Part shown: one piece after another, positions 1-13,600 of the stretch | Layout: every line of letters begins with the position of its first letter | How positions within the stretch are numbered: the stretch's first letter is position 1 | NCBI GenBank assembly: GCA_904063045.1 | Contig: CAJFCJ010000002.1 | Span: forward strand, 3,219,891-3,283,890 | Direction of reading: 5' to 3' | DNA length: 64,000 nucleotides | Origin: Dimorphilus gyrociliatus | Taxonomy: Eukaryota > Animalia > Annelida | Notes under the pieces: generated by a model | Seen by the model: only the letters and a program-made list of their open reading frames with translations | What the model was told of the DNA's origin: nothing | Database searches by the model: none | Translations under genes and position numbers: made by a program

Positions 1-1196
1 GGAAATCCTATTTCTTCAGGGAAGAACCAAGGCTGCTCATAAAAAGAAATATAATTTTATATTTGCATTTCCATTGGAGTAGATTTTGCAGTCAATTACC
101 CCTCCACCTATAGCCCATGCGAACATAATAGTATTACACGAACTGAGAGCACTACTTTTCGACTCATAGCAATTCCATGTAGTTCCCACCTCCGAACTTA
201 AATTTCCAGCGCAGCCATATATTATTATATGATGGACCAAAGTTTTATGGTCTTGGTTTATAAGTGGGTCAACCTTTAAACAAGAGAAAGATAAGTTATT
301 GATATTTTATTACTGTTTAGTATTTTGACCTACCACAACTACGTGGTGCTTTCCGGGAGGATGGGTCAATTTGAATATTTCACATCTATAGACTGTATCT
401 GTATTGTTTGGTATGCGATACTGAAGAATATTAAAAAAGTTAAGGTAATGTACTGTATATAGATCGTATCTAATTATATAAAATGACAAACCGGTGTGTG
501 TGTTATATCAATAGGAAAGGAGTCTTTTATTATATCCCCGGCGTTGTTTGGGGGTCCTTCAGCTAGTAGTGCCACACTGGCAGTACCTCGCATCTCGGTA
601 CCATGATAAATTGGACGATCTATAGGCTTTAGCGGATTAAAGGCCCATATCAGTCTATTCGTTCCTTTCTGAAGTTTTTTATTTCAATTAATAGGATTGG
701 AGATATTATAAAATTTATTCTTACTTTGATTTCAAGATCCTTATCATCACAGGTATTTAGTTTTCTATTAAATTTTGCAATTGTAAATTCTCCTTCTTCT
801 TTAAGGGAATCTAAATGCCAATCTTGCTTTTCGTCTTTAATAGGTTCAATTTTATCAACGGCGTGTCTATCCTAATAGAGAAGAGTCAGCATTTTATATT
901 AATTTTATATTATTGTTTCAAATAGGATATACCTCAAAGGTTATTTTATTATCAGTACCCTTCCAAAACATTACAATATCTGATCCAGGCATACCCCCAT
1001 TAGGAGAAACACCAAAGCCAATCCAACCTTTAGTTTTAGCGTGAATTTCAAACGTTATAGTGTTGTCATCATACTTCCAATAAACTTTGTAAATGTCAGG
1101 CTCTTTTAAAACAAATTCTCTCATATACTCTTCCGATGGAGTAGGAAAAGATAGAGAACAATGTATTAATGCTATAAAAATAAATTTCTTCAACAT
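1..1196 (-). CDS. MOXD1: DBH-like copper type II monooxygenase (MOXD1-like), 5' part; gene continues beyond window start
   Basis: In-frame GT-AG exons 1196-933, 871-725, 668-492, 420-334, 273-100, 32-<1 (introns 56-71 nt). Signal peptide MLKKFIFIALIHCSLS; DOMON domain (GWIGFGVSPNGGMPGSDIV, QDWHL); Cu monooxygenase N-domain motifs LVHHIIIYGC and AWAIGG. Confidence 0.88.
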
Positions 1197-4038
1197 TATG
1201 AGGTCCTCGCCATACCATTTACTATACAATTTTCTGTTTATATATCCTAATCCTCATCAATATTTATAGGTCATCCTATAATAAAGATAAAAAATTTATC
1301 TTACGTTCTAACAAGTTAACACATTCGACGATGAGTCAAAATCATGTGTCATGGTTTTTCCCATCCTCTAAATGGGAAGACCATTTGAATCATTCGTATT
1401 TTGGTTTTATTAGTCTCTTTTAAAATCAGTTGGTTTATTAATTGTAACAAAAGTAATAAAACAGTGTATGCCCATGATGATTCAATCATTTTATCACAAT
1501 TTAAGTGTAATATAAACTTTGGTTAACTTTTCTCTTTAAATAAATAAAACTTATAAATATCCATTTCGCTATAACGTAATTTGGTTTTTAATTCAGATAT
1601 GTTTTTTTTTTTAAAAAAAAAATAAATACTTTTTTCTTTCTTTTTTCTGAAACTTTGGTAAAACTTATAGACCGTTGAATTCTTTACGTAACGCCATCTT
1701 ATGTCTATTGAGTAAACTTGGTTGAGGCGTACAAAGGATTACGAGCTCCACGAATATTTGTAAAGCATAAAGAAAATATGTTATATTATTATTGTTGGAT
1801 ATTTTTAATTTTACTTGAATTACATAAAGCTTTAAAGAGTATATAGCATATCCTGTTATTTCTAAACTACTTTCGAATATTATTTTCTCTAGTCTCTTCA
1901 ATTTCCGTTAGAGATAAATCTAGAATTTAGTTATTACCCTTCATCCTTAACCAATAACATAAACGAGTAAAATAATATCATTTTCCCCCTAATACTTTTA
2001 CTGAAGAACGTTCATAGATAATCTTTAAATAGTACAAAAAATAATAATAATAACAAGATAGCTTCATTGCATGCACACATCTCCGAATAAAATATGAATA
2101 ATTACAATTATGACTAGCGTTCGTGAGAATTTCTAAGGTTACATGTAAAAGAAGAAGGGAAGACGGAGAAGAAGAAGAAGAATACCTAAAACTTTTTTGA
2201 GTCTAAAGGAAAGAAGGAATCTTATCTTACAAGGGAAACAAATTAGTAAAATATTAAGAACATTGATAGTTATTTATCTCTTGAGGAAGTTGAAAGTACT
2301 TTTCAAACTAATAAATATTTTAAGGTAGAACTGAAGATGAGAAAAAGAAATGTTTCAGTTTTCCTTTCGCTGACCTAATTTCGTTTTCTCAAAAATAATT
2401 TTGGAGCAATTTCTTGTAAAGATAAAATGAATAAAATACTGCTATTGAATGCTAATCTATGGCATACTTTGATGAATAATGAAATAATGGACGGAAAAGC
2501 GTTATCTTGTTTTGTTATCTTGTAGTAAGGATTGGTCGGTAAGCCGGTCATATATTTATGAGTATAACTATGTCAGATAATAAAAACTTATAGTTGGTTG
2601 TTCTGCCAATAGAAATTTTAATAATCAAGATATTATTATAGATCTTTTCATTTAAAAAAATGATTTATTAGCAAAAGAAATGGATGTTTGTCAACTGTAC
2701 AAAGAATAGTTGAACAGAAAAGACATGAGGGATAAACAAAACAGCTTATCTGACCGATATAAAATGCCTTTTGAAATTAAATGTAAATGTTTCATGGTAA
2801 AACAATTTCATTTGATAGTATTTCTCCCTTGTTTATTCTACTGTAGTGTTTCAATATATCAAGTATATTAAGAGTTTTTTATCAATTTTACAATGCGCCA
2901 GACCTTGAATTTATTTCGTATTTGTAAAAAAAAAAAATAGCGATTATAGTGTAAAAATTATCTGTTGAAGTTAACTCCAACATCGATAAAAAAGAATTTC
3001 AATTAATCCTTTCTATCTATATGTTTAACGTTTAAAACTATTAAGAGACTTTTAGATGAGTTATACATTACACTTTAATTTAATTATAAATATTATAACT
3101 AAACCGTTCTAAAGTTGAAAAGGGTCACATTTATTCACTGATTCTAATACTCTCTAAACCTATATCTGACTATAGATATTTAAGACATCTTATTTTCAGT
3201 AAAGTACAACCATTTATGGAATAGAATACTAAAAGCAATTTTACTTGATAAAATGGACTTTTGCTAGTTCTGATAAAAGAATTTATAATTTGTTCAGATT
3301 GATTTGTTCTTTTCGTGAGAGAAAAAAGATTTATTTTCTTAATTTCAATTCGTGATTAACCAACATCTGAGTTTGACTCAGAATTATTAAAATTTTAAAA
3401 TGTAATCATAATTTTCATCATGTTAGCCTTATCCCCTGCTACTGTTGATAAACTTTTATTAATGAAACAAATCAAATGAAGATAATCTTACATGTTTACT
3501 TTGTCTACGGTAGTATAGACTTTCTACCCGCTTATTCATTCTTCTTCTATACAATATAATTGTAGTTCTATATCATGAAAAATTTCTACATCATTAGGAA
3601 TCATGCTAAAAAGTAGAATATAACAGAATTGATCACAATTAAAAATTGATCTGTATTTAAAGAATTGAAAAGTATAGAAATACTCTGACAAAAGTGAAAA
3701 AAAAAGAGAAGAGACAGAAACAATTAACGAATAAAGTCCGTGATGTAGCTGGATTGGGCATAATTGTGGTTATTAGATATTGAAGAGAGATAGCTTTATT
3801 AGATTGAACTATCTTAGGTTGTTGTTTTTTTTACCTAGTTTAAAATATTATCCGATAAAGTACTGATAACTTATTCAACAGTTCCTAAAATAATTTGGAG
3901 AAAGATAGTATTATCGCTGAATTTGGAAAACTACTTTTGACAGAGATTAAAGAATATTCATCAAAAGAAAAGAAAACAAATAACGAATATATCTATCCTA
4001 ATATATACAGTTTATATATCTATATTGTAGATATGTAT

Positions 4039-4059
4039 AGAGAGAGAGAGAGAGAGAGA
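4039..4059. repeat. (AG)n microsatellite
   Basis: Direct reading of the AG dinucleotide run. Confidence 0.9.
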
Positions 4060-6206
4060 AAGAAAGAGAAAACTTATAGCTCTCTTGTCCCTTTCAAGAA
4101 AAACAGAAAAACAAGACTTTCTATTACTGTGTAAATATTTCTGTGCTTTTAATTTTATTTATACTAGATTAAAACCGTAACGAAATTCTCTCAAAATGAA
4201 AGGGAGACTCGTTTCTCAAAGTTAAGAAAGCTTAATAAAAGATGTACTGTTCAGTTTATGTTCTTCCAATATTATTGACCTTAATAAGGATAACGATTAG
4301 ATAGAGTAAGTAAGAAATATTTAACTATTTTTATATTTATATAAAGTTTTTAACCTGATATTAAACACTATGCTAAAAGTCGTGATTATGAATCTATTAG
4401 AAAAGATAAAATTATTCATTTAGTTAAAAATGATTACTGTTCAACAAAAGGTTAAGGAAACAAAAACAACCGAAAAAGATAAAATTAGTTTTCTTTTTTG
4501 TTTTTTTTTTTAAAAAAAAGAAAGAGAGAAAATTATCAGTTTTTCTTTTTCCACTGGAATACTCTTTGAATTATTTGTAATTTTTGCCAAATTATTAAAT
4601 AATTAGGCCTATTTTGTTTCTCTAATTTTTGTTAAATAATAGAGATATATATATACTGTATACTGTATATATATATATGTATATACTAACATATATGGAA
4701 AAATGTCAATGCTTAACTTGACATTAATTATATTTTTTTAGATCTTATTTCAAAAGAGGAAAAAATAATTTTAAGAAGGAAAGTAAACTGTAGAGATATT
4801 AATATGTATTGAAAAAGGTGGAAAATTGCACATTCAATTAAAACTAATAAGGTTAGAAGGATTTGTGTAAACGAATATAGAAAAGGTATGATATTAAGAA
4901 TTAAATGGAACGAACTTTTAGTTTTATTCTATTTTTTTTGTATATGTAGAGCTTTTAACCTTTTCTATAACCGTTTATTTCGCTTATCCATATGCAATTT
5001 GTGAATATTGTTGATATATGTAAAATCAGGAAAGGGATTTAACAATTTCAGTAATAAAAGATTAGTTATGTAGCATTATCTTCAAAACTATTTATCTTTT
5101 AAATATTCTGTGATTTATCTAGAATAACACCAATTTTCTCTTAGTTTTCTTTGCTGTTTCCTATATCTTAGATTATTCTTCATTTATTATTTAAGAAGAG
5201 AAAGACAGAGAAAAGAGAGCCAAGAAAAGAAAAAGATATATACAAGAAACATTATAGTACAAGCAAAAGATGCAAATTAATTTAATAAATGTAGTAATTT
5301 AACTTAATAAAGAATAATATGTCCACGCATCTCTCTCACTTTTACAAATTTTACAAATTACGTCTTAATAAAATAGAAAGCAGCTTTTTCTATTTAAAAA
5401 ACTTAACCTTTATTAAAGGGAATAAGAGATTTCACACATGATTTTTAATTGCAAAATACATTATACTATACAGTAACGAAGGTTAAAACTGTTATCCTTC
5501 TTTTTTATCTTTAATAATTTAAAAAGTCGATTAAAGCAGCTCCTACTTAAAGGCATTTTTTCTTTATTCTAAGATAATATGGTTATCATAATCCTTTACC
5601 TCTTTACCTCTTTTCTTTCGTTTTTTTTATATTATTTATTCATAGAATAGAATGATATTCTTTCAGTCGAAATAGATTTATAATTGATTTTGAATAGCGT
5701 TCATACAAAAAAAAAAGCAATTTAAAGACAAGTTGAAATGTGTTGTATATTGAACTATTCCCATTGATTCCGCTATGAATTAAAAAAAAAGAAAGTTAAG
5801 TAATACTTTATAAAAGTTTTCAAAAAGGAAAAGTTGATAGGAGAGAATATTTCGATTAGGATTTTTCTTGAACGGTCTACTAACTTTTATCTATACACAT
5901 TAAACGGATAAAAGCAGTGCTAATGCACCCCTTTTATATCGATCGTTTGATTTAAAATAAAAAGAGCGAAAATTTTATGGTCGATCGATTTTTCGGTTTT
6001 TTTTCTCTTAAAACATCGATCAAAATAAAACAAAAAGTCTCACTTCAACGCCCCCTCCGACCTTTTTCTTTCCTCGATCGCTTCTGCACCTAAATATGAA
6101 ATATATTGTTTTCTTTCTTTATTCGATTTACTTTCAGTGATACTATTGGTTGGCGAAAACTATAAAGATCTGACAAATAGAAAGGCATTGACGAAGATTT
6201 GAGAGC

Positions 6207-6736
6207 ATGTCGAGAATAGCCTATGCTATGGGTGACAGGTGAGTAAACGAATCGAATAATTACCTTTAGAAAAAAGAAAGGGAGGAATCGATAGGGAAAG
6301 CCGAGAAAATAAAAAATCTCTCTGGTATTTCTTAGCGCCCCTCCCCTTTCAATCCTCCCTTCTATTTTTGCCTATATTATCAACACCAATAGCTTCCTCG
6401 ATTCCCCGATCACAACACTTCTCTTATTGTTAACTCGTCTCTTTTAACAAGACATATAATTCAATTAGCAGCTTTATCGAGGATTTAGTAGCGCCTTGTT
6501 CATCGCCGGCTTCGCCTAGGACACCAGAAATTCACATTGATTTAGCAGCTCTTACTTTGAAATTGGAAATGACTGAGGAAAAGAGACCAGAAGTAAGACC
6601 AAGAGATTTAACAAAACCTAGAGAACTGTACAGAATACCAGTTCCGGCTGGTTTTTATGTAAAATTGCCACCTATAAAAAAGGATGAGAAGAGATTTTTT
6701 AAAGTAGCAGAGAAAATAGCTAAAGGAAAATTGTAG
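6207..6736 (+). CDS. Two-exon orphan gene, 98 aa, absent from the ORF track
   Basis: Exon 6207-6238 (ATG...GACAG|gtgagt) joins exon 6472-6736 (ttagcag|) in phase 2, giving MSRIAYAMGDSFIEDLVAPCSSPASPRTPEIHIDLAALTLKLEMTEEKRPEVRPRDLTKPRELYRIPVPAGFYVKLPPIKKDEKRFFKVAEKIAKGKL*. GC is elevated relative to the flanks. Confidence 0.6.
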
Positions 6737-7395
6737 CCATCCAACAAAAAAAAGTCTACTACATAGTATCTAAGTAATAATACTTAAAAGTGACGCAATG
6801 AATGTAAAAGAATAATAAACGTAATGTTGACTTTGAACGGATAATCTTTGATCTATTTGTATAGGCTTATTATTATGGAATCTCATCAAACGTTAGAGTG
6901 AATAAGTAAATAATTAAACGTAACTTTAAAGAGTCTAATAATAAAGTGCCGCATCGCATCGTATGATAGGTTTTTTTTTTAAAGTTAAAGAGAACCTCAA
7001 GAATGAAATATGAACAGAACACAATATAATGTACAGTATATAATATATAATGTGTACACATTCGAATATTCTCTAATGGCAATATATATATTTTATTGCG
7101 TACTTCTTTTATAAAGTTATATTGTATAATATGATATAATAAACGATTAGTTATTAGTTACTAATCCGTTTTATAAATCCATTTAAAGTGTGCTACTTGA
7201 TTAATTCAATTAATTTGAAATAATTTTAGCAATAGAATACTCATTGCGAAGGATAAATGTAAAGCTAATTTAGGGATTGTTCCGACGATTTTTTATTGAT
7301 TGTATCATTTATTAACTACCTAAACAAACTAGTAACATTTTCTTCCTCTGAAAAATAGAGTAAATAAAAATTAATTTTCTCTGCTGCTTCAAAAG

Positions 7396-8085
7396 AGTAA
7401 GGATAATTGGAAAGCATTACCTATAGCGACCTCTGTACCTACAACAAGTATCCAGAATGAGGTACATCTGCTCAATATACCTGAAAAAGAATCTGATATA
7501 TCAAGTGATTTGTGCAGCTCTTCTTCGTCTTCTCGTTCAACTACATCTATTAAAAGAGAAATAAAAAAAATTGAACTACGTCCAATCGATGTATCCATAT
7601 CGATTACTCCGAAAGAGGTCCTAAGGCGGCGTCACCACGTTCAGCAAGTGCAAGAACAATTACACAATGTTCTTCATCAGCCTAAGCTGTCGCAAAGGCA
7701 GAATTCTACGAAAAAAGCTTTACGTGATGAATTTCTTAGGCAAAAATCTATTCTAGGCTTGCATGTAAGATGTCCTACTGATTTAATGGTTCAACGTAAA
7801 ATTAATAGCAAATCAAAAACCATACCTGTGCGTAATAAGCATACTACAGAAGATAATCGTTCTTCTAACAGACCCAATTGCCGTATAGTCAATGGTCTGG
7901 CTGTAATTTCGAGTCAATGGTCACCTAAAAGGGAAAAGAAGTCGGAAAAGTTACGAAAAACTTCATTTGAAAAATTAGATAAATCCTATGAGACGCCTGC
8001 AACTAAATTATTCAATGTTTATATTCAAAATCGAACAACAGATAGCTTTACTCGTTTAAATTCGAATAATTATAATGAATCTTGA
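7396..8085 (+). CDS. Probable terminal coding exon, uncharacterised basic Ser-rich protein
   Basis: Frame is open from about 7375 to 8085 with no ATG at its start, preceded by a pyrimidine-rich acceptor (ttttctctgctgcttcaaaag|). No family recognised. May be spliced to the 6207 gene. Confidence 0.45.
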   Translation, partial: SKDNWKALPIATSVPTTSIQNEVHLLNIPEKESDISSDLCSSSSSSRSTTSIKREIKKIELRPIDVSISITPKEVLRRRHHVQQVQEQLHNVLHQPKLSQRQNSTKKALRDEFLRQKSILGLHVRCPTDLMVQRKINSKSKTIPVRNKHTTEDNRSSNRPNCRIVNGLAVISSQWSPKREKKSEKLRKTSFEKLDKSYETPATKLFNVYIQNRTTDSFTRLNSNNYNES

Positions 8086-10588
8086 ATATTTCATCTGATT
8101 TCCCCAATAGATGGCATGATATTTACTCCCTACATTGCTAATCGTAAGAAAGAGGAAGTAACTTTGCAAATGTTTCTCTGAACATTTCATGATTGGTTGT
8201 AAACAAAGCAATAAATAGTAAAAGAGTTATAGATATGAACTTTGTATTATATTTATAATTCTTTATTAGTTATAAGATTATATAAAATATTATTTAAATG
8301 AAGAAAACTTTTTATCTTTGGAATAAAAAATAACATACTTTTTTAAGTCAAAAGTCAATAAATAAAAGCCATGAATTACTTGTGTTATTTCTCACTTTAG
8401 CATAATTTAAATAATGATTGATTGATATAATTCCATATTTATACATTACTAGTAGTTCTTGTACATATTGATTTATATGATTACATTGTTCAAAATATAA
8501 AACGTATTACTATACTGTTTATTAAATATTATTATGATAAATTACCTATTATTCAGCGTTTTACCAACTTTACTAATACTTTGTCACTTTATCTACTGCT
8601 AAATGTAATATAGAAATAAAATATTGATTTCTTTTAGTTTGTACAAATCACGTGACATTGTTGACATACATAAAATCTTTATTTCGTTTTGTTTTGTCAA
8701 AACTCACTCTTATTATGATCGTTTGTCAATAATTAATTTTTTCAAGAGAACATAAGAGCTATTATTGTGTATACTACGCTTAATAGATTATCACTATTAC
8801 CTATAAATTAACAGATTATTCTTAAGCGAACATAGTTTCATACGATCAAAACAAATTACTCCTTTGTAGTTTCAAGAATTGATTAGTAAAGCGAATATTA
8901 ATCGGATTTACCTTTGACAATAATACTATTTGATTATAAAATGCAAATAGAATGAGAAAACAATGGATAAAAACCGTATAATTATTGTTTATATCGAATA
9001 ATGTATAGACCCTTTATGATCAATAAATGGATATCATAACAAATCGAATCAAAGTAGAACATTTTATTTAATGCAATATAGTTTATATATACTGTATATA
9101 TAGTATAAATTTTATACAGGATATACGTGTTTTTCCATCTTTAATAGCAAACAACTAAAATAACCTACACCTGCGTGTGTACGTAATTACCAAGGTAGAA
9201 AATGGCAAAAAAGAAAATGAGATATTACAGAGAAATGGAAATAAAGAACTTTTACAAACTATATCAGCTAATATCAGAGAGCAAATTAAAACTTATATAC
9301 ACTAAACAGAGGAAGCGGAAATAAAAAAATATGTAGTAAAATCATAAAAATGATGGAAATTTCCATACAAATATAAAAATTCCTGCTGAAAGAAAAGACG
9401 AAGAAAAGGGTGGCCTATATTCAGATCATAATTGGCAACAAAACATCTCTTCGCGTATTAAAAAGATAGCTACATTAATTTATTCTTTGCTGCTTTTTTT
9501 ATTTAAAAAAATTACTTAATGTTTATTTAAGATAAACTTCAGTATTTTTATTGAAATAATGCAAGACAGGCAATTACATAATTGATAAAGATTCTTTTAG
9601 TCATTTCTAGATCTGAAGAGGACAAATAAGCAAAATAGTTATTTAATAGCAATTTGAATGTTTATAGGAAATTAAATTTGGAATAATGATAAAACAACTA
9701 CTAACAATGAGAAAAGGAATAGGAATAGGGGAAAAAATGTAATCGTGGTTGTAATGCGACTGACATAAACTTCTGCTTAAAATATTTCATATTCCTTTCA
9801 TAAATCTTTATAAACGGAATTTTATATTTTTTATCTTTCATGATAAAGTAATAATTAAAGGTTTTTAGATGAATAGAGTCAGCTGTGCTCTGTTTTTATA
9901 CAGTATATTTATTTACTGACTTATAATTAACTTCTTTCCTGTTTTTATGCGGAACATGCTGTTATATTAGTTAAGATTAAATATAACTAATCATTAGTAT
10001 TTTTTTACCATGATATGAAGCTAATTTTGATTATTAGTTTATGTTTCTATAAAGGTAGTGATGTGCTTTTTTTTTTCTTCTACTTGGAAAAAAATATACC
10101 GCAATATCTAGGGAAACTGCATTAGAAAGTCGCTTGTAATCCGACTTTAATCCAACTGTGTCATATTATGTTTATCACTTAGACCTAAGTTACGTTTCTG
10201 CAACTTTCTTTTATCAACAAATTTTGCCAGGAATGAGTAATGTAACTCATTTTTATTAGCTTTTTCGGAACGTGGGAAATTTTTAGAAATGATCTCCAAT
10301 TCAACATTCTTTCCTTGGAAATTTTGATAGATTCGAAAGAAATATAATATCTTAATGAATTGTCGAAAACTAGTCCAATGATTCTCTTCTTTGCATTATT
10401 TTTGCATAGGAATTCTAAAAGGTACTCTAGCTATTTCTGCTTGCATTCTCAAATAATATGGGTTCCTCTTCCATATTTTATATAAAGATTTTGAAATAAT
10501 TTATTAAATCTTTTCTCTGTATTAACTAAATACTGTATAGGCCAAATAAAACCGAATATCAGATCCGGTAACCAGATTAGACAGAATT

Positions 10589-10606
10589 GCGTTACCTAGG
10601 TAACGC
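10589..10606. promoter_or_regulatory. Palindromic RFX X-box upstream of PDE9
   Basis: GCGTTACCTAGGTAACGC is a perfect 18-bp palindrome. Its core GTTACC-TA-GGTAAC fits the X-box consensus GTTNCC(N0-3)RGYAAC and lies about 45-60 nt upstream of the PDE9 ATG. Confidence 0.6.
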
Positions 10607-10649
10607 CAGCGTCGAGCGCACCTGTATCAAGCGTCTCTTTTCAACGAAG

Positions 10650-13600
10650 ATGGGGAATGGTTCGAGCGTCACTCATCCTCGAGTTATTTACGTCGAAATT
10701 GCATCTAAAGTCGAGAAGGTATTTGAATATATTCTTTCTTTTTATTAAGAAATATAATAGAGAATTGTTAAAGGAAAGCATATTTTCAACACTAATTCTT
10801 TCTTTTCAACAAAAAAAGAAGTCAAAGTAGATAATTACTTTTTGTTTAATACTAGAACAAGAACATCTTTATTATCAGTGTTGTGCTTATTAATTAACGA
10901 TAATATCTCAAAAATTACTCCATCGATTTATAAAACAATATATTTACAATATATTTCGTACACGCTACCGTCGCTAAGTTACCCATTCGCTCGACTCTAA
11001 TTTCTACGATGTAAACACTTATAAATAATGGATTATGAATATATCTATGTTAAGGATATATAGTATAAACAGCAGTAGAGAATAACTGTTACTTTTAAAA
11101 AATTTATTCCTTATCTATTGTAATTATTCTTTAAATTATAAACATGTTTTGTAGTTAAAAAAAACTGTTAATAGTCTTGTCATACTGCATTTAAACGTAA
11201 TTATCAAACAGTTTATATGTGACTTACTTATATGTTATATGTAAATTCGATGTCGATAAGTCAATTTTCTAAGAATGAAAGCTATACGGAAAAAATTGAT
11301 TCAAGTTAATTGTATAGTCAATGGAAAGAGAGACAAATTGCGTAAATATCATTGTTAAGTAACGAAGAAATCCTCATTATTATCCTCTGTAAGATAGCAT
11401 TTAGAAGCAGTATTATATTTTTTATTTTAATGAAAGATAAAAATTGCATCATCATCCAACATTCTTATGTATGTAAGCCAACCTTTTAACTAACAGAAAG
11501 GAAGTACTTTGTATGTTCTAACGCTTATTTGAGAATAGTAGAGAGTATACAGACCCATTTTATAATAACAACGGATGAATTAGTATTCAATATTTTTATA
11601 AATAAGTTTATAATGATACTAAGGAGGATAGATAATAAAGGGAAATAATTTGAAAAGCTTGATCGTGTCTTAATCTTAAGGACCAATTAAGCATAAAGTA
11701 AATTTCTTTTACAGCTTGTCTTCACTTCCAACTGTAGTGGAAGAGATATTCAGGAACAATTGGCTCAACTGTGCGGAGCAAGCAGGTCAGATTTAAAAGC
11801 AAATAATTATTTATGAATATTTTTCTATTTCTAAAAAGGTATGCTTCTGTTTCTTTGAAAAATCAAGATGGGTCTGTTATCGCTCTGTCACCGGCAATGC
11901 CATCGAATAGTCAGAGGTAAGAGGCAAATTAATATTAATTACTATAATTACAATATATAGTATAGTAATATTTATAAATGATTTTTATTCAATACATATA
12001 TATACATACGTATAGACAGATATATAGCTAAAATATTTACATATAATATTTATATACTGAATATTTAGGGTAATTTCAAACATTTTTTCTAACAATCTAC
12101 TATTAAATTTATTATAAATATAAAATAACTAGAAATACCATAGAAAATATTGTTATACAACTGCAAGTCTATGATAAATTCATAGAAATGCATTGTATGG
12201 AAAAGAATGTATATATGGAAATAAAATGAGGTCTATATATAAATGTTTAGATTTGTATATGCTTCATTTTTTATATTTTTATTGCTGGCTGTAACTTTTT
12301 AATCTTATAGTTTAGCAGAAAGTGTAAATGATGTATAGGTTTCAAATACCTTTAAATAAAAAAAATCTCTCATTTAATAGTAAAGTGTATTACTACACAG
12401 ATATATACAGTATACAGTATATATACATAAAAAAAGCTTACCCTTCAAGCGAAATCTTTGATTCAACGTTACTATTGACGTCATAGCTTTTCACCTCCCT
12501 CTACTCTCTTCTAGTTCTGATAATTAATGTCACGCTTAATCTGTACAGATAAATTAGGGTATTTTTGTTTAGAAACCAATATATTTAATGAAATTTTGTA
12601 GAAATAACCTATAGTTATCTGAAAGTTGTTAAATTCTTATTTTTCTTACCTGTGAAGAAAAAAAGAATTTTTATGAATAAATCTAAATTTATAATGAAGC
12701 GTGTGTATAAATATAAGCATACATATATCTATAATTTATATAACTTGAGATTATAGCGCATTTTAATCTACTCTTTAAGCTAATAACAACCCTCGTAAAA
12801 TTAGTTAACATTACCTTGACGATTTCTTATTGAATGTGTCTGTCCTAAATTTGTGTTAATGCATACAACAGTCGTAATAGAGTAGGCTTCAAAGTGCTCT
12901 TATAAAAATTACGTTTGGTGTCAAATGAATCATAAATGTCATTAATTACGACTATCTTTCATGTTATCTCTTTATAGCGCACCTTATAAAGTTGTGGTGA
13001 TTCAAGAGCCTCAAAACCAAACTAAAAGTAATTGAAATTTCTATTATTAAATTCTTTTTTTATTAAATAGTATTAAACTATTACAAGGTGATTCATACAT
13101 AATAAAGATCATGTACTTTCACTAGATGAACTACATTTACTGCAAGAATGCTTAATAAAGGTTGTCGAACAGTTTAAAGATTCATTAAATAAAGCTTTTA
13201 GTATGGACGAAGTAAAGGAGGATGTAAATAAAAGATTAACAGCGCTTGAAAGGCGATTGGAAAGTAATGATTAAGATTATAGAGAGATAATGTATTATTA
13301 AAATAAACCAAATGTTTCAGTTGAAGGTATGAAGGCTGTTGATATCGAAAAATGTAAGAAAGAAATTTACGACATCAAAGAACAGATTTCGTCTGCTCAA
13401 CGAAAGGTTTTGGATTATCAGATGAAGTAAATATTAAAATATATACCTAATTTAGCGCGTATGCGATAAATTTTGAGCCTATTCAGATTAGATTTTGATA
13501 ACGCAACTAATAATAAGAGCAATAAGAGTAATATATTCATTTATATACTCAAAATATATATATATATATATATACATATTTAATAAAAAAGAGAAACTTT

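Noticed and set aside
1665-4134. ORF-track ORFs 1665-1901 (-) and 3895-4134 (+)
   Set aside because: Non-ATG starts, AT-biased low-complexity residues, the second runs through an (AG)n repeat, and there are no splice-compatible partners.
7389-7598. 69-aa minus ORF
   Set aside because: Antisense shadow of the plus-strand coding exon.
9181-10500. Coding-like interrupted frames (9190-9460 plus; 10170-10470 minus, including KKRIIGLVFDNS)
   Set aside because: Multiple stops, no joinable splice structure; resemblance to a DDE 'DN' motif is too slight to call.
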